A DNA stretch of 64,000 nt from Candidatus Sulfotelmatobacter sp. Its GTDB lineage: Bacteria; Acidobacteriota; Terriglobia; Terriglobales; Acidobacteriaceae. Every line of letters starts with the position of its first letter. The stretch's first letter is position 1. A program made the translations under genes and the position numbers. The stretch is taken from contig DATHMS010000025.1 in the NCBI GenBank assembly GCA_035486795.1, forward strand, positions 16-64,015, written 5' to 3'. This document shows positions 7,824 through 17,596 of the stretch, in pieces. The notes beneath the pieces were generated by a model. It was given only the letters and a program-made list of their open reading frames with translations. It was not told the origin of the DNA and searched no databases.

Positions 7824-10319
7824 ATGAGCACTCTTACTGTGACCACTGTTCCTGCCACCCGGCGTTCCACCGGGGTGCGCATTCTCCTTTGGCTGCTAGT
7901 GATCCTCATCGTGTTGGCGTTCGGCGTGGTGGCTTTCGCATACTTCATCGCTCGCTCTGCACTGCCCCAACTTGACGGAAGCTTCCCGGTGAAGGGTCTT
8001 TCCGCAATCGTGAAAGTAACGCGCGATGGCCATGGCGTGCCCACCATCGAGGCCGTGACTCTGGAAGATTTGTTTCTGGCGCAGGGCTACATCACGGCGC
8101 AAGACCGGCTCTGGCAGATGGACATCATGCGGCGCTTCGCAGCTGGAGAGCTATCGGAGATTCTGGGCGAGGACACACTCAAGATTGACCGCGAGCAACG
8201 GATTCTGGGCTTGCGAGCGGCGGCGAGGAGAGGGTTGCAGACGGCGAGCGCTCGAGACCGCGCATATTTTGAAGCGTACGCGCGTGGGGTAAACGCATTC
8301 ATCGAAAGCCACGGCAGCAACCTTCCGATTGAATTCCGCATTCTGAAATACCGGCCTAAGCCATGGCTTCCAGAGGACTCCATCGTCATCGCGAACCAGA
8401 TGGTGAAGGATCTCAACTACTACAGCTTCGAGGACACGATTGCCCACGAGAAGATTCTCGCCAAGCTGGGGCCGGAGTTAACTGCTGATCTATATGTGAA
8501 CCGCTCCTGGCACGACCGCCCGCCCACCGTGATGAAGGAAGCCCTCAACGATCAGGAGAATCAGGGCGATTCAAACGATGAAGATGATGACGATGATTCA
8601 GGTCCGGACACCTCGGTCACTCAACAGAGGGGTACTGCAGGCGAAATATGGGCGCAGCACACTCCGGAAGCGATGAATGGATCAAACGACTGGGTAGTTT
8701 CGGGAGCGCACACAGTTACGGGCAAGCCGCTGCTGTCGAACGATATGCATCTCGGGCACCAGATGCCGAACCTGTGGTATGAGGCGCATCTTAAGTGCGT
8801 CAACCAGTACAGCAATCAGTCCAGCAATCTGGATGTGGCGGGAGTGACGCTGCCCGGAATGCCTTACATGATTGTCGGCCACAATCAACGCATCGCCTGG
8901 GGATTCACCAATGTCGGGCCGACGGTGGCAGATGCCTTCGTCGAGAACTTCAACGCGCAGGGCGCCTACCAGACGCCCCAGGGCTGGCAGCAGCCGGAGC
9001 ACCGGGCCGAGGTGATCCGCATCAAAGATAAGCCAGACGTAACCGTGGACGTGAAGATTACGCGGCACGGGCCAATCGTCACCGACTTATTACCCGGTGA
9101 GACACGGCAGATTGCGCTGCGCTGGACGCTGTATGACGGCTTGCGCATGCCGTTTTTCGATGTTGACACAGCACAGAACTGGGAAGAATTCCGCAAAGCA
9201 TTTTCGCAACTGGACGCGCCGGGACAGAATGTGGTTTACGCAGATGTCGACGGAAACATTGGTTACCAGACCACGGGCCGAGTTCCGATTCGCGCCGCCG
9301 GCGACGGCAGTCTGCCAGTTAGCGGAGCCGACAATGCCCACGAATGGACGAGCTACATTCCTTTCGACAAATTGCCCAGTATCTACAATCCTCCCTCGGG
9401 AGTGATCGCAACTGCTAACGGGCGCATCACGCCTGACGGCTATGCCAACTCGATCAGTGCGGAGTGGGAGGCGCCGTGGCGCACAGAACGCATTTATCAT
9501 GTGCTGGAATCGGGCCGGAAGTTTGCAGCCGCGGACATGCTCGCGCTGGAGAACGATGTCCACTCCGAAACTGACCTGTTCGCAGCCGAACGTTTTGTCT
9601 ATGCCATTGACCATGCCACCAAACCCTCTGCGCGGGCAAAACAGGCTGCGGATCTCATGCGCAACTGGGATGGGCGGATGCTGGGCTCCTCGACGGCACC
9701 GACTCTTGCCGTGCGCTCGGCTCAGGAACTGACGCGACTGCTGCTCGAGCCCCACCTCGGGCCGGCCCCGGAAGATCCGAAGCAACAGGAAGCGTCGCTG
9801 AGCTGGAAGACCTACCATTGGGAGATGCGAACGGTGTGGCTGCAGAATGTATTACTGCACCAGCCGAAGCGCTGGTTGCCGGAAAAGTATCCCAATTACG
9901 ATGAACTGCTGACCGCCGCCGTCGAAGCTGCGGTGAATGGGCCCGCAGTGCCTCAGGATCTGGCTTCGTGGCAGTGGGGCAGCGTGAATGCCGTGGAAAT
10001 TGAGCACCCGGTGCTCGGTAAGATTCCTCTGGTTCGGCGCTGGGCGGCACCGGGAGTCCGGGAGCAGTCCGGCAGCGGCTACACCGTAAAAGCCGTGACA
10101 CGTCACCACGGGCCTTCGGAACGCTTCACCGCAAATCTTGCCGATCTTGACCAATCTACACTGAACACTGTGACCGGCCAGGGCGGTAACTTCCTAAGCC
10201 CTTACTACATGGATCAATGGAAGGCTTGGTACGAGGGTTCGACCTTCACGTTGCCTTTCACATCCCAGGCAGTGGAAGCGACCGGTGCGCATCGACTGGT
10301 ACTCGAACCGGGACGCTGA
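7824..10319 (+). CDS. penicillin/AHL acylase family Ntn-hydrolase (peptidase S45)
   Basis: ATG 7824 gives an N-terminal TM/signal segment (ILLWLLVILIVLAFGVVAFAYF). Has AQGYITAQDRLWQMD. An acidic spacer (NDEDDDDDSG) precedes GSNDWVVSG, the beta-subunit nucleophile Ser context. Confidence 0.85.
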   Translation: MSTLTVTTVPATRRSTGVRILLWLLVILIVLAFGVVAFAYFIARSALPQLDGSFPVKGLSAIVKVTRDGHGVPTIEAVTLEDLFLAQGYITAQDRLWQMDIMRRFAAGELSEILGEDTLKIDREQRILGLRAAARRGLQTASARDRAYFEAYARGVNAFIESHGSNLPIEFRILKYRPKPWLPEDSIVIANQMVKDLNYYSFEDTIAHEKILAKLGPELTADLYVNRSWHDRPPTVMKEALNDQENQGDSNDEDDDDDSGPDTSVTQQRGTAGEIWAQHTPEAMNGSNDWVVSGAHTVTGKPLLSNDMHLGHQMPNLWYEAHLKCVNQYSNQSSNLDVAGVTLPGMPYMIVGHNQRIAWGFTNVGPTVADAFVENFNAQGAYQTPQGWQQPEHRAEVIRIKDKPDVTVDVKITRHGPIVTDLLPGETRQIALRWTLYDGLRMPFFDVDTAQNWEEFRKAFSQLDAPGQNVVYADVDGNIGYQTTGRVPIRAAGDGSLPVSGADNAHEWTSYIPFDKLPSIYNPPSGVIATANGRITPDGYANSISAEWEAPWRTERIYHVLESGRKFAAADMLALENDVHSETDLFAAERFVYAIDHATKPSARAKQAADLMRNWDGRMLGSSTAPTLAVRSAQELTRLLLEPHLGPAPEDPKQQEASLSWKTYHWEMRTVWLQNVLLHQPKRWLPEKYPNYDELLTAAVEAAVNGPAVPQDLASWQWGSVNAVEIEHPVLGKIPLVRRWAAPGVREQSGSGYTVKAVTRHHGPSERFTANLADLDQSTLNTVTGQGGNFLSPYYMDQWKAWYEGSTFTLPFTSQAVEATGAHRLVLEPGR

Positions 10320-10345
10320 CATCACGCTTCCCGGCTTCCCGAAAT

Positions 10346-10372
10346 CCCGTCCTTCAGAAAACGAAGGACGGG
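10346..10372. terminator. 10-bp perfect hairpin between convergent genes
   Basis: CCCGTCCTTC-agaaaac-GAAGGACGGG starts 27 nt after the acylase stop. There is no clear U-tract on either strand. Confidence 0.4.
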
Positions 10373-10544
10373 CCGCACGCCCTACCCGTAGGTAATCGCG
10401 GAAGGCAACGCAGCCCCGTTCTGATGGTGCCTAGCAATAGCAACCTTGGAGTGGGCCAGACCTGTCGGCCCAGAGCCCCTGGCAGAACACGATGATGGGT
10501 TTGGTTTTTGTAGGTTTCATTCTTGCTCTCCTTTGGTTGAGGAA

Positions 10545-11321
10545 TTACTGATTGACGTGTGCGGAAGTGGCAGCCTCTTCGATGAGCTTGGCCGCTTCCT
10601 TCGGGTGAGACATGTAGGCCACATGGCTGGAATTCACTTCAACCGTCTTGGCATTGGCGCGCTTCGCCATCATGCGTTCCTGCTGGGGATTGATCGACCG
10701 GTCTGCGCCCGCCACCATGTAGAAGGTCGGCTTGTTCTTCCAGGCGGGATTGGTGACCTTGTGAGTGAATGAATCGGTCGAGATCGGCACCTGCGCTATC
10801 GCCATGAAGTGAGCCTGGGCCGGGGGGATATCCGCCGCGAAGTCGGCAACAAAATGGTCCTGTTCGATCCACCAATTTCCATTGCTATCCGGTTTGAATG
10901 CCTTGGAGGCTTGCGGCACGGCCGTTTCGATCGACGCACAGCTTTCCCCTTCATCGAGGGCAAATGCGGCGATGTATACCAGTGCCGCAACGTTTGGATC
11001 GTTGCCGGCTTCGGTGATAATCGATCCGCCGTAACTGTGGCCGACCAGAACGACCGGCCCACCCATGGCGTCGATTGCGGCTCTCGCGTACTTGACGTCG
11101 TCGGCGTAGGAGGTCTCAGGGGGTTGCGCAACCGACACCGTGTAGCCATCCTTCTCAAGGATCTTTGAGACGGCGTCCCAGCCGGAACCATCGGCAAACG
11201 CCCCATGCACCAGAACGACGTTCTTGATACCGGTCCGCGGCGCGGGGCCCGCCGCGGCACCGTTGAGAGTCGCACCCATCAGCAAAGAAGCAACTGCAGC
11301 AACCGCATAAAGCTTTGTCAT
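10545..11321 (-). CDS. secreted alpha/beta hydrolase
   Basis: ATG 11321 (MTKLYAVAAVASLL, signal peptide) preceded by GGAGAA. Has VVLVHGAFADGSGW and the nucleophile elbow VLVGHSYGG. Confidence 0.75.
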   Translation of the reverse strand: MTKLYAVAAVASLLMGATLNGAAAGPAPRTGIKNVVLVHGAFADGSGWDAVSKILEKDGYTVSVAQPPETSYADDVKYARAAIDAMGGPVVLVGHSYGGSIITEAGNDPNVAALVYIAAFALDEGESCASIETAVPQASKAFKPDSNGNWWIEQDHFVADFAADIPPAQAHFMAIAQVPISTDSFTHKVTNPAWKNKPTFYMVAGADRSINPQQERMMAKRANAKTVEVNSSHVAYMSHPKEAAKLIEEAATSAHVNQ

Positions 11322-11438
11322 GACGTTTCTCCAGTTAGGTTTCATTTTGGTTTTTTCTTTCCTTTCACGCGCATCTCACGCACACCGGCTTCTATAAAGC
11401 GACTGCCATTCGTGCTTCGCCGTAGAGAGCCGCCCCAG

Positions 11439-11711
11439 TTACGGTTCTGGCTCCTTCGGACGACCTCGCTCCTGCAGCATCCATTCCCCGATGTAAGGCG
11501 AACAGCGCAGGATCAAGACGCCCTTCGCTTCACATGCATTGAGAAAACGAACGCTTTCCAGATCGATGAGATCCAATTCCTCCAAATCCAAAACGATTGG
11601 CGATTCGCAGCGCTCGATTTCGGTCTTGACTTGATCCAGATGCCCAGCTCGAAGTTCGCCGCTGAGCCGAATGCCCCCTTCGACCCGTTCAATCCGCAGC
11701 GTCATTTTCAT
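11439..11711 (-). CDS. STAS-domain-like small protein
   Basis: ATG 11711 (MKMTLRIERVEGGIRLSGEL...) with GGAG 3-4 nt upstream. LDLEELDLIDLESVRFL resembles an anti-sigma-antagonist/STAS fold. The longer ORF to 11792 would swallow the candidate sigma54 promoter. Confidence 0.5.
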   Translation of the reverse strand: MKMTLRIERVEGGIRLSGELRAGHLDQVKTEIERCESPIVLDLEELDLIDLESVRFLNACEAKGVLILRCSPYIGEWMLQERGRPKEPEP

Positions 11712-11736
11712 CGGCTCCGGAAGACAGTCAGTGCAG

Positions 11737-11752
11737 TGCAAGTCGCAGACCA
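11737..11752 (-). promoter_or_regulatory. candidate sigma54 (-24/-12) promoter
   Basis: The minus-strand reading is TGGTCTGCGACTTGCA. GG and TTGCA sit at the canonical spacing (TGGCAC-N5-TTGCA). The element ends 25 nt upstream of the STAS ATG and is divergent from the sigma54 activator gene. Confidence 0.45.
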
Positions 11753-11879
11753 TTTGCAAAAGCCTGTCGTAGTTGAACTTAGGCTGGCACATCGTCCTGA
11801 TTTTTCAGGAATTCATCTTTGATCAGGAAAAGGCGGCCGCGGTTATAATCGCCCCGAACGCTGAGGGGCCAGAAGGGCA

Positions 11880-13712
11880 ATGACTTCCATCACGCAGCAG
11901 CGATCCCAAGGCGCGCTCAACAGAGCGCTGGACGAACTAAAGACCTCGGAAAGAAAACTCCGGCAGGTGATCGACACCATTCCCACGCTGGCCTGGTGCA
12001 ATCTGCCGGATGGTTCGAATGAGTTCCTCAACCAGCGCTGGCATGAGTACACTGGCCTGTCTCCCGAAGACTCGCACGGTCGGGGTTGGCAAACTGCCAT
12101 CCATCCCGATGATCGAGCACCCTTGACGGAGAAATGGCAGGCACTCTTACTCATCGGTGAACCCGGCGAAATGGAAGCGCGTCTCCGCCGCCATGATGGA
12201 GTATTTCGCTGGTTTCTCATGAGGGTTGAGCCGCTACGAGACGAGACTGGCAACATTATCAGGTGGTACGGAGCATGCACCGATATCGAAACTCTGAAGC
12301 GGACGGAAGTGAAGCTTCGAGAAGATGAGCGCGAGCTCCGTCGCATCACCGACCTAATACCGCACACGATTGTCGTCCAGGATCCCTCCGGTAGCCCTAC
12401 TTACGCCAACCAAGCGACGCTCGATTACACAGGTCTGGCCGCGGAACATGTGATTGCTCCTGACTTTCGGGAACGAATCTTCCACCCCGACGATCTCGAG
12501 AGACTGCGCGAGGAGCGCAAGGCCGCTCTCGGTCGCGGGGTTCCCTTCGAAATCGAACTGCGGGCTCGCCGAAAAGACGGACAATACCGTTGGTTTCTTA
12601 TTCGTTACAACCCTTTCCGAAACGACGAGGGCCATGTGACTCGCTGGTACGCGACGGGAACTGATATTGACGACCGCGTCCGGGCAGAGGAGAGGACACG
12701 CAATGAAAACCTGGCGTTGCGAGAGCAAATCGATCGCGACTCGATGTTCGAAGACATCGTTGGGTCCTCGGAAGCGCTGCGGAAGGTGTTACGCCAGATC
12801 GCCAAGCTGGCTTCTTCCGACTCGACAGTCTTGATTCTCGGCGAAACCGGCACAGGAAAGGAGTTGATAGCGCGCAGTATCCACAAGCGATCCAATCGCG
12901 CGGATCGAGCATTCATCGGGGTGAATTGCGCCGCCATCCCACAATCGCTGATTGCTTCCGAGCTTTTTGGTCACGAGAAGGGTGCCTTCACCGGCGCAAC
13001 CCAGCGCCGGCTCGGGCGTTTTGAATCGGCGCATGGCGGGACAATCTTTCTGGACGAAATCGGTGACTTGCCTCCGGAGATCCAAGTCGCGTTGTTGCGG
13101 GTGCTCCAGGAGCGTGAAATCGAGCGCGTCGGCAGCAACAAGCCGATACCCATCGACGTTAGAGTGCTCGCGGCTACTCATCGTGACTTGAACACGCTCG
13201 TGGCCGAAGGCAGATTCCGTGAAGACCTCCTGTACAGATTGAATGTAGTTCCCATTGATGTGCCACCATTGCGCGAACGCGCGGCCGACATTCCCTTGCT
13301 GGTTGAGTATTTCATTGACCGCATCGGCAAGAAAGCGGGAAAGAAATTCAGAACGATCGACAAGAAGAGTCTTCGATTATTACAGGCATACGACTGGCCT
13401 GGGAACATTCGTGAACTACAAAACATAATTGAGCGAGCCGTCATTCTGTGCGAAGGAAACATCTTTTCGATGGACGAGACCTGGCTTCGCCCAGAACTTC
13501 CGGTTGCCCGTAGCCGACGGAGTACGCTTAACGGAATCCTCGCGCGGCAGGAGAAGGATATGATCGAAGCCGCACTAGCGGAGTGTTATGGACGGATCTC
13601 GGGCCCGTTGGGCGCAGCCACGAAACTAGGGCTACCGGCGCGAACGCTCGATTCGAAAATCAACCGTTTCAAAATCAACAAGCATCGGTTCAAAGTGCCA
13701 CGCGCTAGCTGA
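11880..13712 (+). CDS. sigma54-dependent transcriptional activator (PAS-PAS-AAA+-Fis HTH, no receiver domain)
   Basis: Two PAS-like blocks ([23 protein letters not shown] / [10 protein letters not shown]). AAA+ motifs [15 protein letters not shown] and [14 protein letters not shown]-terminal [19 protein letters not shown]. Confidence 0.9.
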   Translation: MTSITQQRSQGALNRALDELKTSERKLRQVIDTIPTLAWCNLPDGSNEFLNQRWHEYTGLSPEDSHGRGWQTAIHPDDRAPLTEKWQALLLIGEPGEMEARLRRHDGVFRWFLMRVEPLRDETGNIIRWYGACTDIETLKRTEVKLREDERELRRITDLIPHTIVVQDPSGSPTYANQATLDYTGLAAEHVIAPDFRERIFHPDDLERLREERKAALGRGVPFEIELRARRKDGQYRWFLIRYNPFRNDEGHVTRWYATGTDIDDRVRAEERTRNENLALREQIDRDSMFEDIVGSSEALRKVLRQIAKLASSDSTVLILGETGTGKELIARSIHKRSNRADRAFIGVNCAAIPQSLIASELFGHEKGAFTGATQRRLGRFESAHGGTIFLDEIGDLPPEIQVALLRVLQEREIERVGSNKPIPIDVRVLAATHRDLNTLVAEGRFREDLLYRLNVVPIDVPPLRERAADIPLLVEYFIDRIGKKAGKKFRTIDKKSLRLLQAYDWPGNIRELQNIIERAVILCEGNIFSMDETWLRPELPVARSRRSTLNGILARQEKDMIEAALAECYGRISGPLGAATKLGLPARTLDSKINRFKINKHRFKVPRAS

Positions 13713-13796
13713 GTCTTTTCCGCTGCTTTCGGAGATCGGTCCGAGGATGAGGGTGAATTGGTCGAGAGCCAGCACACGGCCTGGGCTGCCCGGCCA

Positions 13797-15092
13797 TCAG
13801 AAGAAGTCGATGGCCTTCACGTCGATGATGTAGCCGGTGATGATGATGGTTCCGGTCTCGGGAAGGTTCGGGTTGTTATTGTTATCCAACAGCAAACTGT
13901 CGATGAGGGTGTCGTAGACGCGCAGGTTGCCGCCTTCGGCAACGTACTCTACATCGCGACTGGTGAAGCTTTGAAATCCCGTGACGTCGCCGTTGTCGGG
14001 GGGAATCACGACGGCCCCGTTAGTAGTGTTGTAAATCGAAAGACAGCCCCGCACTTCTCCCTGCGGATTATCGACATCGCCGATGTTGGTGCAGGTGTAA
14101 GAGCCAATAAAGAGTTGGCCGTTGATGCTCATGTCGATGCGGTCGTGGTAACCGTCGGTAATCACGGCGCTGCTGGTGACCGTCATCGAACCCAGATCCA
14201 CCAGATCGAGACGTCCGCAAGTAGTAGCCGCGGTGGTCTGGCCGGCGCACGAGTTGTTGGGCTGCGGATTGCCGACGGACGCCGTTGGAGTGCCGGCCAC
14301 ATAGAGGGTTGAACCGCTCAGCCATCCGATCGTCGCGCCATCCACGGCAACCGGCGCACCCGCGGTTAAGGTTGTCATGTTGAGAGTTTGCACGCTGGCG
14401 CTCGCGCTGCCGCTGCCGCACTCCGGACCGCAATTCAAGACGTAGGCGGTACTGCCGTCCGCGCTGAAAACCGCGTTCACAGGCCTATCGAAGCCAGGCA
14501 CCGTTGCCGAGACCGGATTGCTTATGTTGACCAGAAGCGGATTGACGACGGTCACAGCGTCGGAGTCGTTACTAAAGACCAGAAGATGGCTTTCATCCGG
14601 ACTTGCCACCACGGTTTGGGCACTGGGAATACTGATCGAAGATGCCAGCCCACCCGAAGTAATGTTCATTACCTCAAGAGCTCCAACGGGAGCTCCGGAT
14701 GCGAATGAGGCCGTGGGCACTGCCGCGTAGCCAAAGCCCGTGTTCAGTGCGACCATGCTGGTAGTCAGCCCGCCGAGCTGTATGCTTCCGGAGAGCGTCG
14801 CCCTTGAGCCGTTAACCACTTCGACGCTGCTGCTCACCGAATCGAAGGCCAGCACAATTGTCCTATCGGGTGTCAGCGCCATGAGGCCCGGTGAGCTGCC
14901 AGCGCTGATCGCACCCCTTACCAGCGTGTCGTCTTCTCCGTTGATGAGCACCAGACCGGGAGACGCCGTCGGGCTGGACACGCTCTGCGAAGCGAGAACA
15001 CGGGTCGTCAGCTTACTGGGAGACGATCCACAGGAGACCAAGCTGAAACTGGCGATGACGAGCACAGCCGGCAAGAGAGCGGATTTCTTCAA
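13797..15092 (-). CDS. lipoprotein with beta-propeller-like repeats
   Basis: TTG start 8 nt after AGGAG. Lipobox FSLVSCGSS. Repetitive Ser/Thr/Gly/Val-rich strand-like segments are reminiscent of YVTN/YncE-type propellers. Confidence 0.6.
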   Translation of the reverse strand: MKKSALLPAVLVIASFSLVSCGSSPSKLTTRVLASQSVSSPTASPGLVLINGEDDTLVRGAISAGSSPGLMALTPDRTIVLAFDSVSSSVEVVNGSRATLSGSIQLGGLTTSMVALNTGFGYAAVPTASFASGAPVGALEVMNITSGGLASSISIPSAQTVVASPDESHLLVFSNDSDAVTVVNPLLVNISNPVSATVPGFDRPVNAVFSADGSTAYVLNCGPECGSGSASASVQTLNMTTLTAGAPVAVDGATIGWLSGSTLYVAGTPTASVGNPQPNNSCAGQTTAATTCGRLDLVDLGSMTVTSSAVITDGYHDRIDMSINGQLFIGSYTCTNIGDVDNPQGEVRGCLSIYNTTNGAVVIPPDNGDVTGFQSFTSRDVEYVAEGGNLRVYDTLIDSLLLDNNNNPNLPETGTIIITGYIIDVKAIDFF

Positions 15093-15275
15093 ACGTGAGG
15101 CTCCTAACTACAGGAAAACCAGAGATTTAAGTGCGAAATAGGGGATTATAGCAGAGCGTCGGAGCTCCACCTCGCTTCGGTTGCGCGCGTTGAGGACACC
15201 TCTCGCTTGCCTCGTCCTTCGCATACAAGAAACCGCGCTCATCCTGTATTCTGACTGTAGTTCGACCGAAAGCAT

Positions 15276-17135
15276 ATGGCGTCTGACCTTCTTACCCGGA
15301 TCAAGCAGTTCCCCGCGCTGTGCGACGGAGCCATGGGGACGCTGCTCTACGCTAACGGCGTGTTTATCAACCGCTGCTACGATGAGTTGAATCTTTCCCA
15401 GCCCGACCTCATTCGCGGCATTCACCACGATTACCTGCAAGCCGGGGCGGAAATCATCGAAACCAACACGTTCGGGGCGAATAGCTTTCGTCTTGGGCGG
15501 CACAGTATCGCCGACAAAGTGCGTGATATTAACCGCGCGGGAGCACGCCTCGCCCGCGAAGCCGCCAAGAGCTTCGATGTGTGGGTAGCAGGATCGGTTG
15601 GCCCGCTGGGAACCAGAATCGAGCCCTTAGGAAAAACCTCTTTCGAGGAGGCGCGCCAGGCATTTCGCGAACAGATTGCGGCACTGGCCGAGGGCGGCGT
15701 CGATCTGCTGATGCTGGAAACCTTCGGATACCTGGAGGAACTCCATCAGGCCATGCTGGCGGCTAAAGACGTCGGGGCAAAACTACCACTGGTCGTGCAG
15801 GTTACGATCGACGAAGACGGCAACTGCCTGGATGGTTCCGATCCGGAGACCTTTGCGCCTCGGCTCGAAGAGTGGGGCGCGGACGTCATTGGTTGCAACT
15901 GCAGCGTGGGTCCGGTGGCCATGCTGGATGCCATCGAGCGAGTGCGAGCCGTCACTTCGCTGCCGCTATCAGCGCAGCCGAACGCTGGCATTCCGCGACC
16001 GGTGGACGGCAGAAATGTCTACCTGTGCTCGCCAGAGTACATGGCGAGCTATGCGCGCAAGTTCGTGGCCGCCGGCGCTCGGATCGTGGGCGGATGCTGC
16101 GGAACGACGCCCGACCATATCCGTGTGATGAAATCCGCTTTAAGGGTTGGAGAGGCGAGGGGGAAAGTAGCTTCAGCCCAGGTTGCGAGTGCCGCCACAC
16201 CAATGGCTGCGCCCACCCAGCCTTTGGCGGAGCGGTCCCTTCTGGGCGCGAAGCTGGCGCGCGGCGAGTTCGTCACGATGGTGGAGGTGGTTCCTCCCAA
16301 GGGAACCGACATTCGCAAGGAGCTGGAGGGTACACGATTCCTGAAATCAGTGGGAGTGGACGCGGTCAACATTCCCGACAGTCCGCGGGCTTCGGCCCGG
16401 ATGAGCAATCAGGCGCTTTCTCTGCTGGTGCAACGCGAAGCGGGAATCGAAGCGATACTGCACTACACCTGCCGCGACCGCAACGTACTGTGCATCCAGA
16501 GTGACCTTTTGGGTGCGGCTGCCGTGGGGATCAGGAACCTGATCTGCATCACTGGCGATCCGCCCAAGATGGGCAACTATCCGGACGCGACGGCAGTCTT
16601 TGATGTGGATGCCATCGGACTGGTCAATATCGTCCATAACTTGAACCGGGGGCTGGACCTGGGGGGAAACCCCATCGGTGCCGGCACGGGCTTTGTGATC
16701 GGCGTGGGAGCGAATCCGGGGCTTACCGACCTGGATGAAGAGATCCGACGGTTTGAATTCAAGGTGCAGGCGGGGGCGGAATACGCGGTGACGCAACCGG
16801 TCTTTGACATTCGCCTGCTGGAGAACTTCGTGAAGAGGATCGAGCACTGCCGGGTACCCGTGGTGGCGGGAATCTGGCCGCTGGTCAGCGTCCGCAATGC
16901 CGAGTTTATGAAAAACGAGCTCCGGGTTTCGGTGCCAGATTCCATTTTAGAACGCATGGCACGAGCACAGACCCCGGAGGCGGCGAGGGCCGAGGGCGTG
17001 GCCATTGCCCGGGAGATGCTAATCGCGGTTCGGCACACCGTGCAGGGGGCACAAATTAGCGCGCCACAGGGGCGTTATAGTTCGGCGGTCGATGTGCTTG
17101 AGGCGCTGGGAACGAACAGTCCCGCAACAGCATAG
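15276..17135 (+). CDS. yitJ: bifunctional homocysteine S-methyltransferase / 5,10-methylenetetrahydrofolate reductase
   Basis: N-terminal Hcy-binding domain (CDGAMGT, GADVIGCNCSVGP, GGCCGTTPDHI) fused to an MTHFR domain (ILHYTCRDRN, LCITGDPP, YAVTQPVFD). Confidence 0.85.
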   Translation: MASDLLTRIKQFPALCDGAMGTLLYANGVFINRCYDELNLSQPDLIRGIHHDYLQAGAEIIETNTFGANSFRLGRHSIADKVRDINRAGARLAREAAKSFDVWVAGSVGPLGTRIEPLGKTSFEEARQAFREQIAALAEGGVDLLMLETFGYLEELHQAMLAAKDVGAKLPLVVQVTIDEDGNCLDGSDPETFAPRLEEWGADVIGCNCSVGPVAMLDAIERVRAVTSLPLSAQPNAGIPRPVDGRNVYLCSPEYMASYARKFVAAGARIVGGCCGTTPDHIRVMKSALRVGEARGKVASAQVASAATPMAAPTQPLAERSLLGAKLARGEFVTMVEVVPPKGTDIRKELEGTRFLKSVGVDAVNIPDSPRASARMSNQALSLLVQREAGIEAILHYTCRDRNVLCIQSDLLGAAAVGIRNLICITGDPPKMGNYPDATAVFDVDAIGLVNIVHNLNRGLDLGGNPIGAGTGFVIGVGANPGLTDLDEEIRRFEFKVQAGAEYAVTQPVFDIRLLENFVKRIEHCRVPVVAGIWPLVSVRNAEFMKNELRVSVPDSILERMARAQTPEAARAEGVAIAREMLIAVRHTVQGAQISAPQGRYSSAVDVLEALGTNSPATA

Positions 17136-17243
17136 AATTCCCCTTGTGGAGAAGGGCGAGTCGATTTCAACAGCGTTTTACAAAAAAACACTGGACACTT
17201 CGCGCGAATAGTAGCATTACAGTAAGAACAGGAGCGAAACTCG

Positions 17244-17483
17244 TTGGCTAAGTTTGAAGAGTGCCTTCAGCGCCTGGAAAAGATTGTTCAGGAACTGGAA
17301 AAGGGAGACGTACCTCTGGAGAAGTCTCTTACCCTCTTCGAAGAGGGCATGAATCTCTCGTCTACCTGCCGGAAGGAATTGGAACAAGCCGAAGGCAAGG
17401 TGGAGATATTGCTGAAGAAGAATGGAAAGCTCCAGGCCGAGCCGTTTGAGCCCTTGACGGAAAAGGCGCCTGCCCGCAGGTAG
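17244..17483 (+). CDS. xseB: exodeoxyribonuclease VII small subunit
   Basis: TTG start about 9 nt after AGGAG. FEECLQRLEKIVQELEKGDVPLEKSLTLFEEG is the typical XseB helix-hairpin sequence. Confidence 0.85.
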   Translation: MAKFEECLQRLEKIVQELEKGDVPLEKSLTLFEEGMNLSSTCRKELEQAEGKVEILLKKNGKLQAEPFEPLTEKAPARR

Positions 17484-17596
17484 GCGGCTAGCCGTCGGTG
17501 GTGCTTGTCAGTTGTAATGTCTGTGGAGTGGCGTTTCCGAACCCTTCCCCGCAGCCCTAGTCCGCGGTAGCTGACGGCAGTAGGTCAGGAGGATTT

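Noticed and set aside
15093-15275. Possible SAM riboswitch upstream of the yitJ-type gene (B. subtilis yitJ has an S-box).
   Set aside because: I could not find the S-box core (GAGGGA...GGCCC...AGATGAG-like) or any other SAM-class consensus by eye. An Infernal scan would be needed to be sure.
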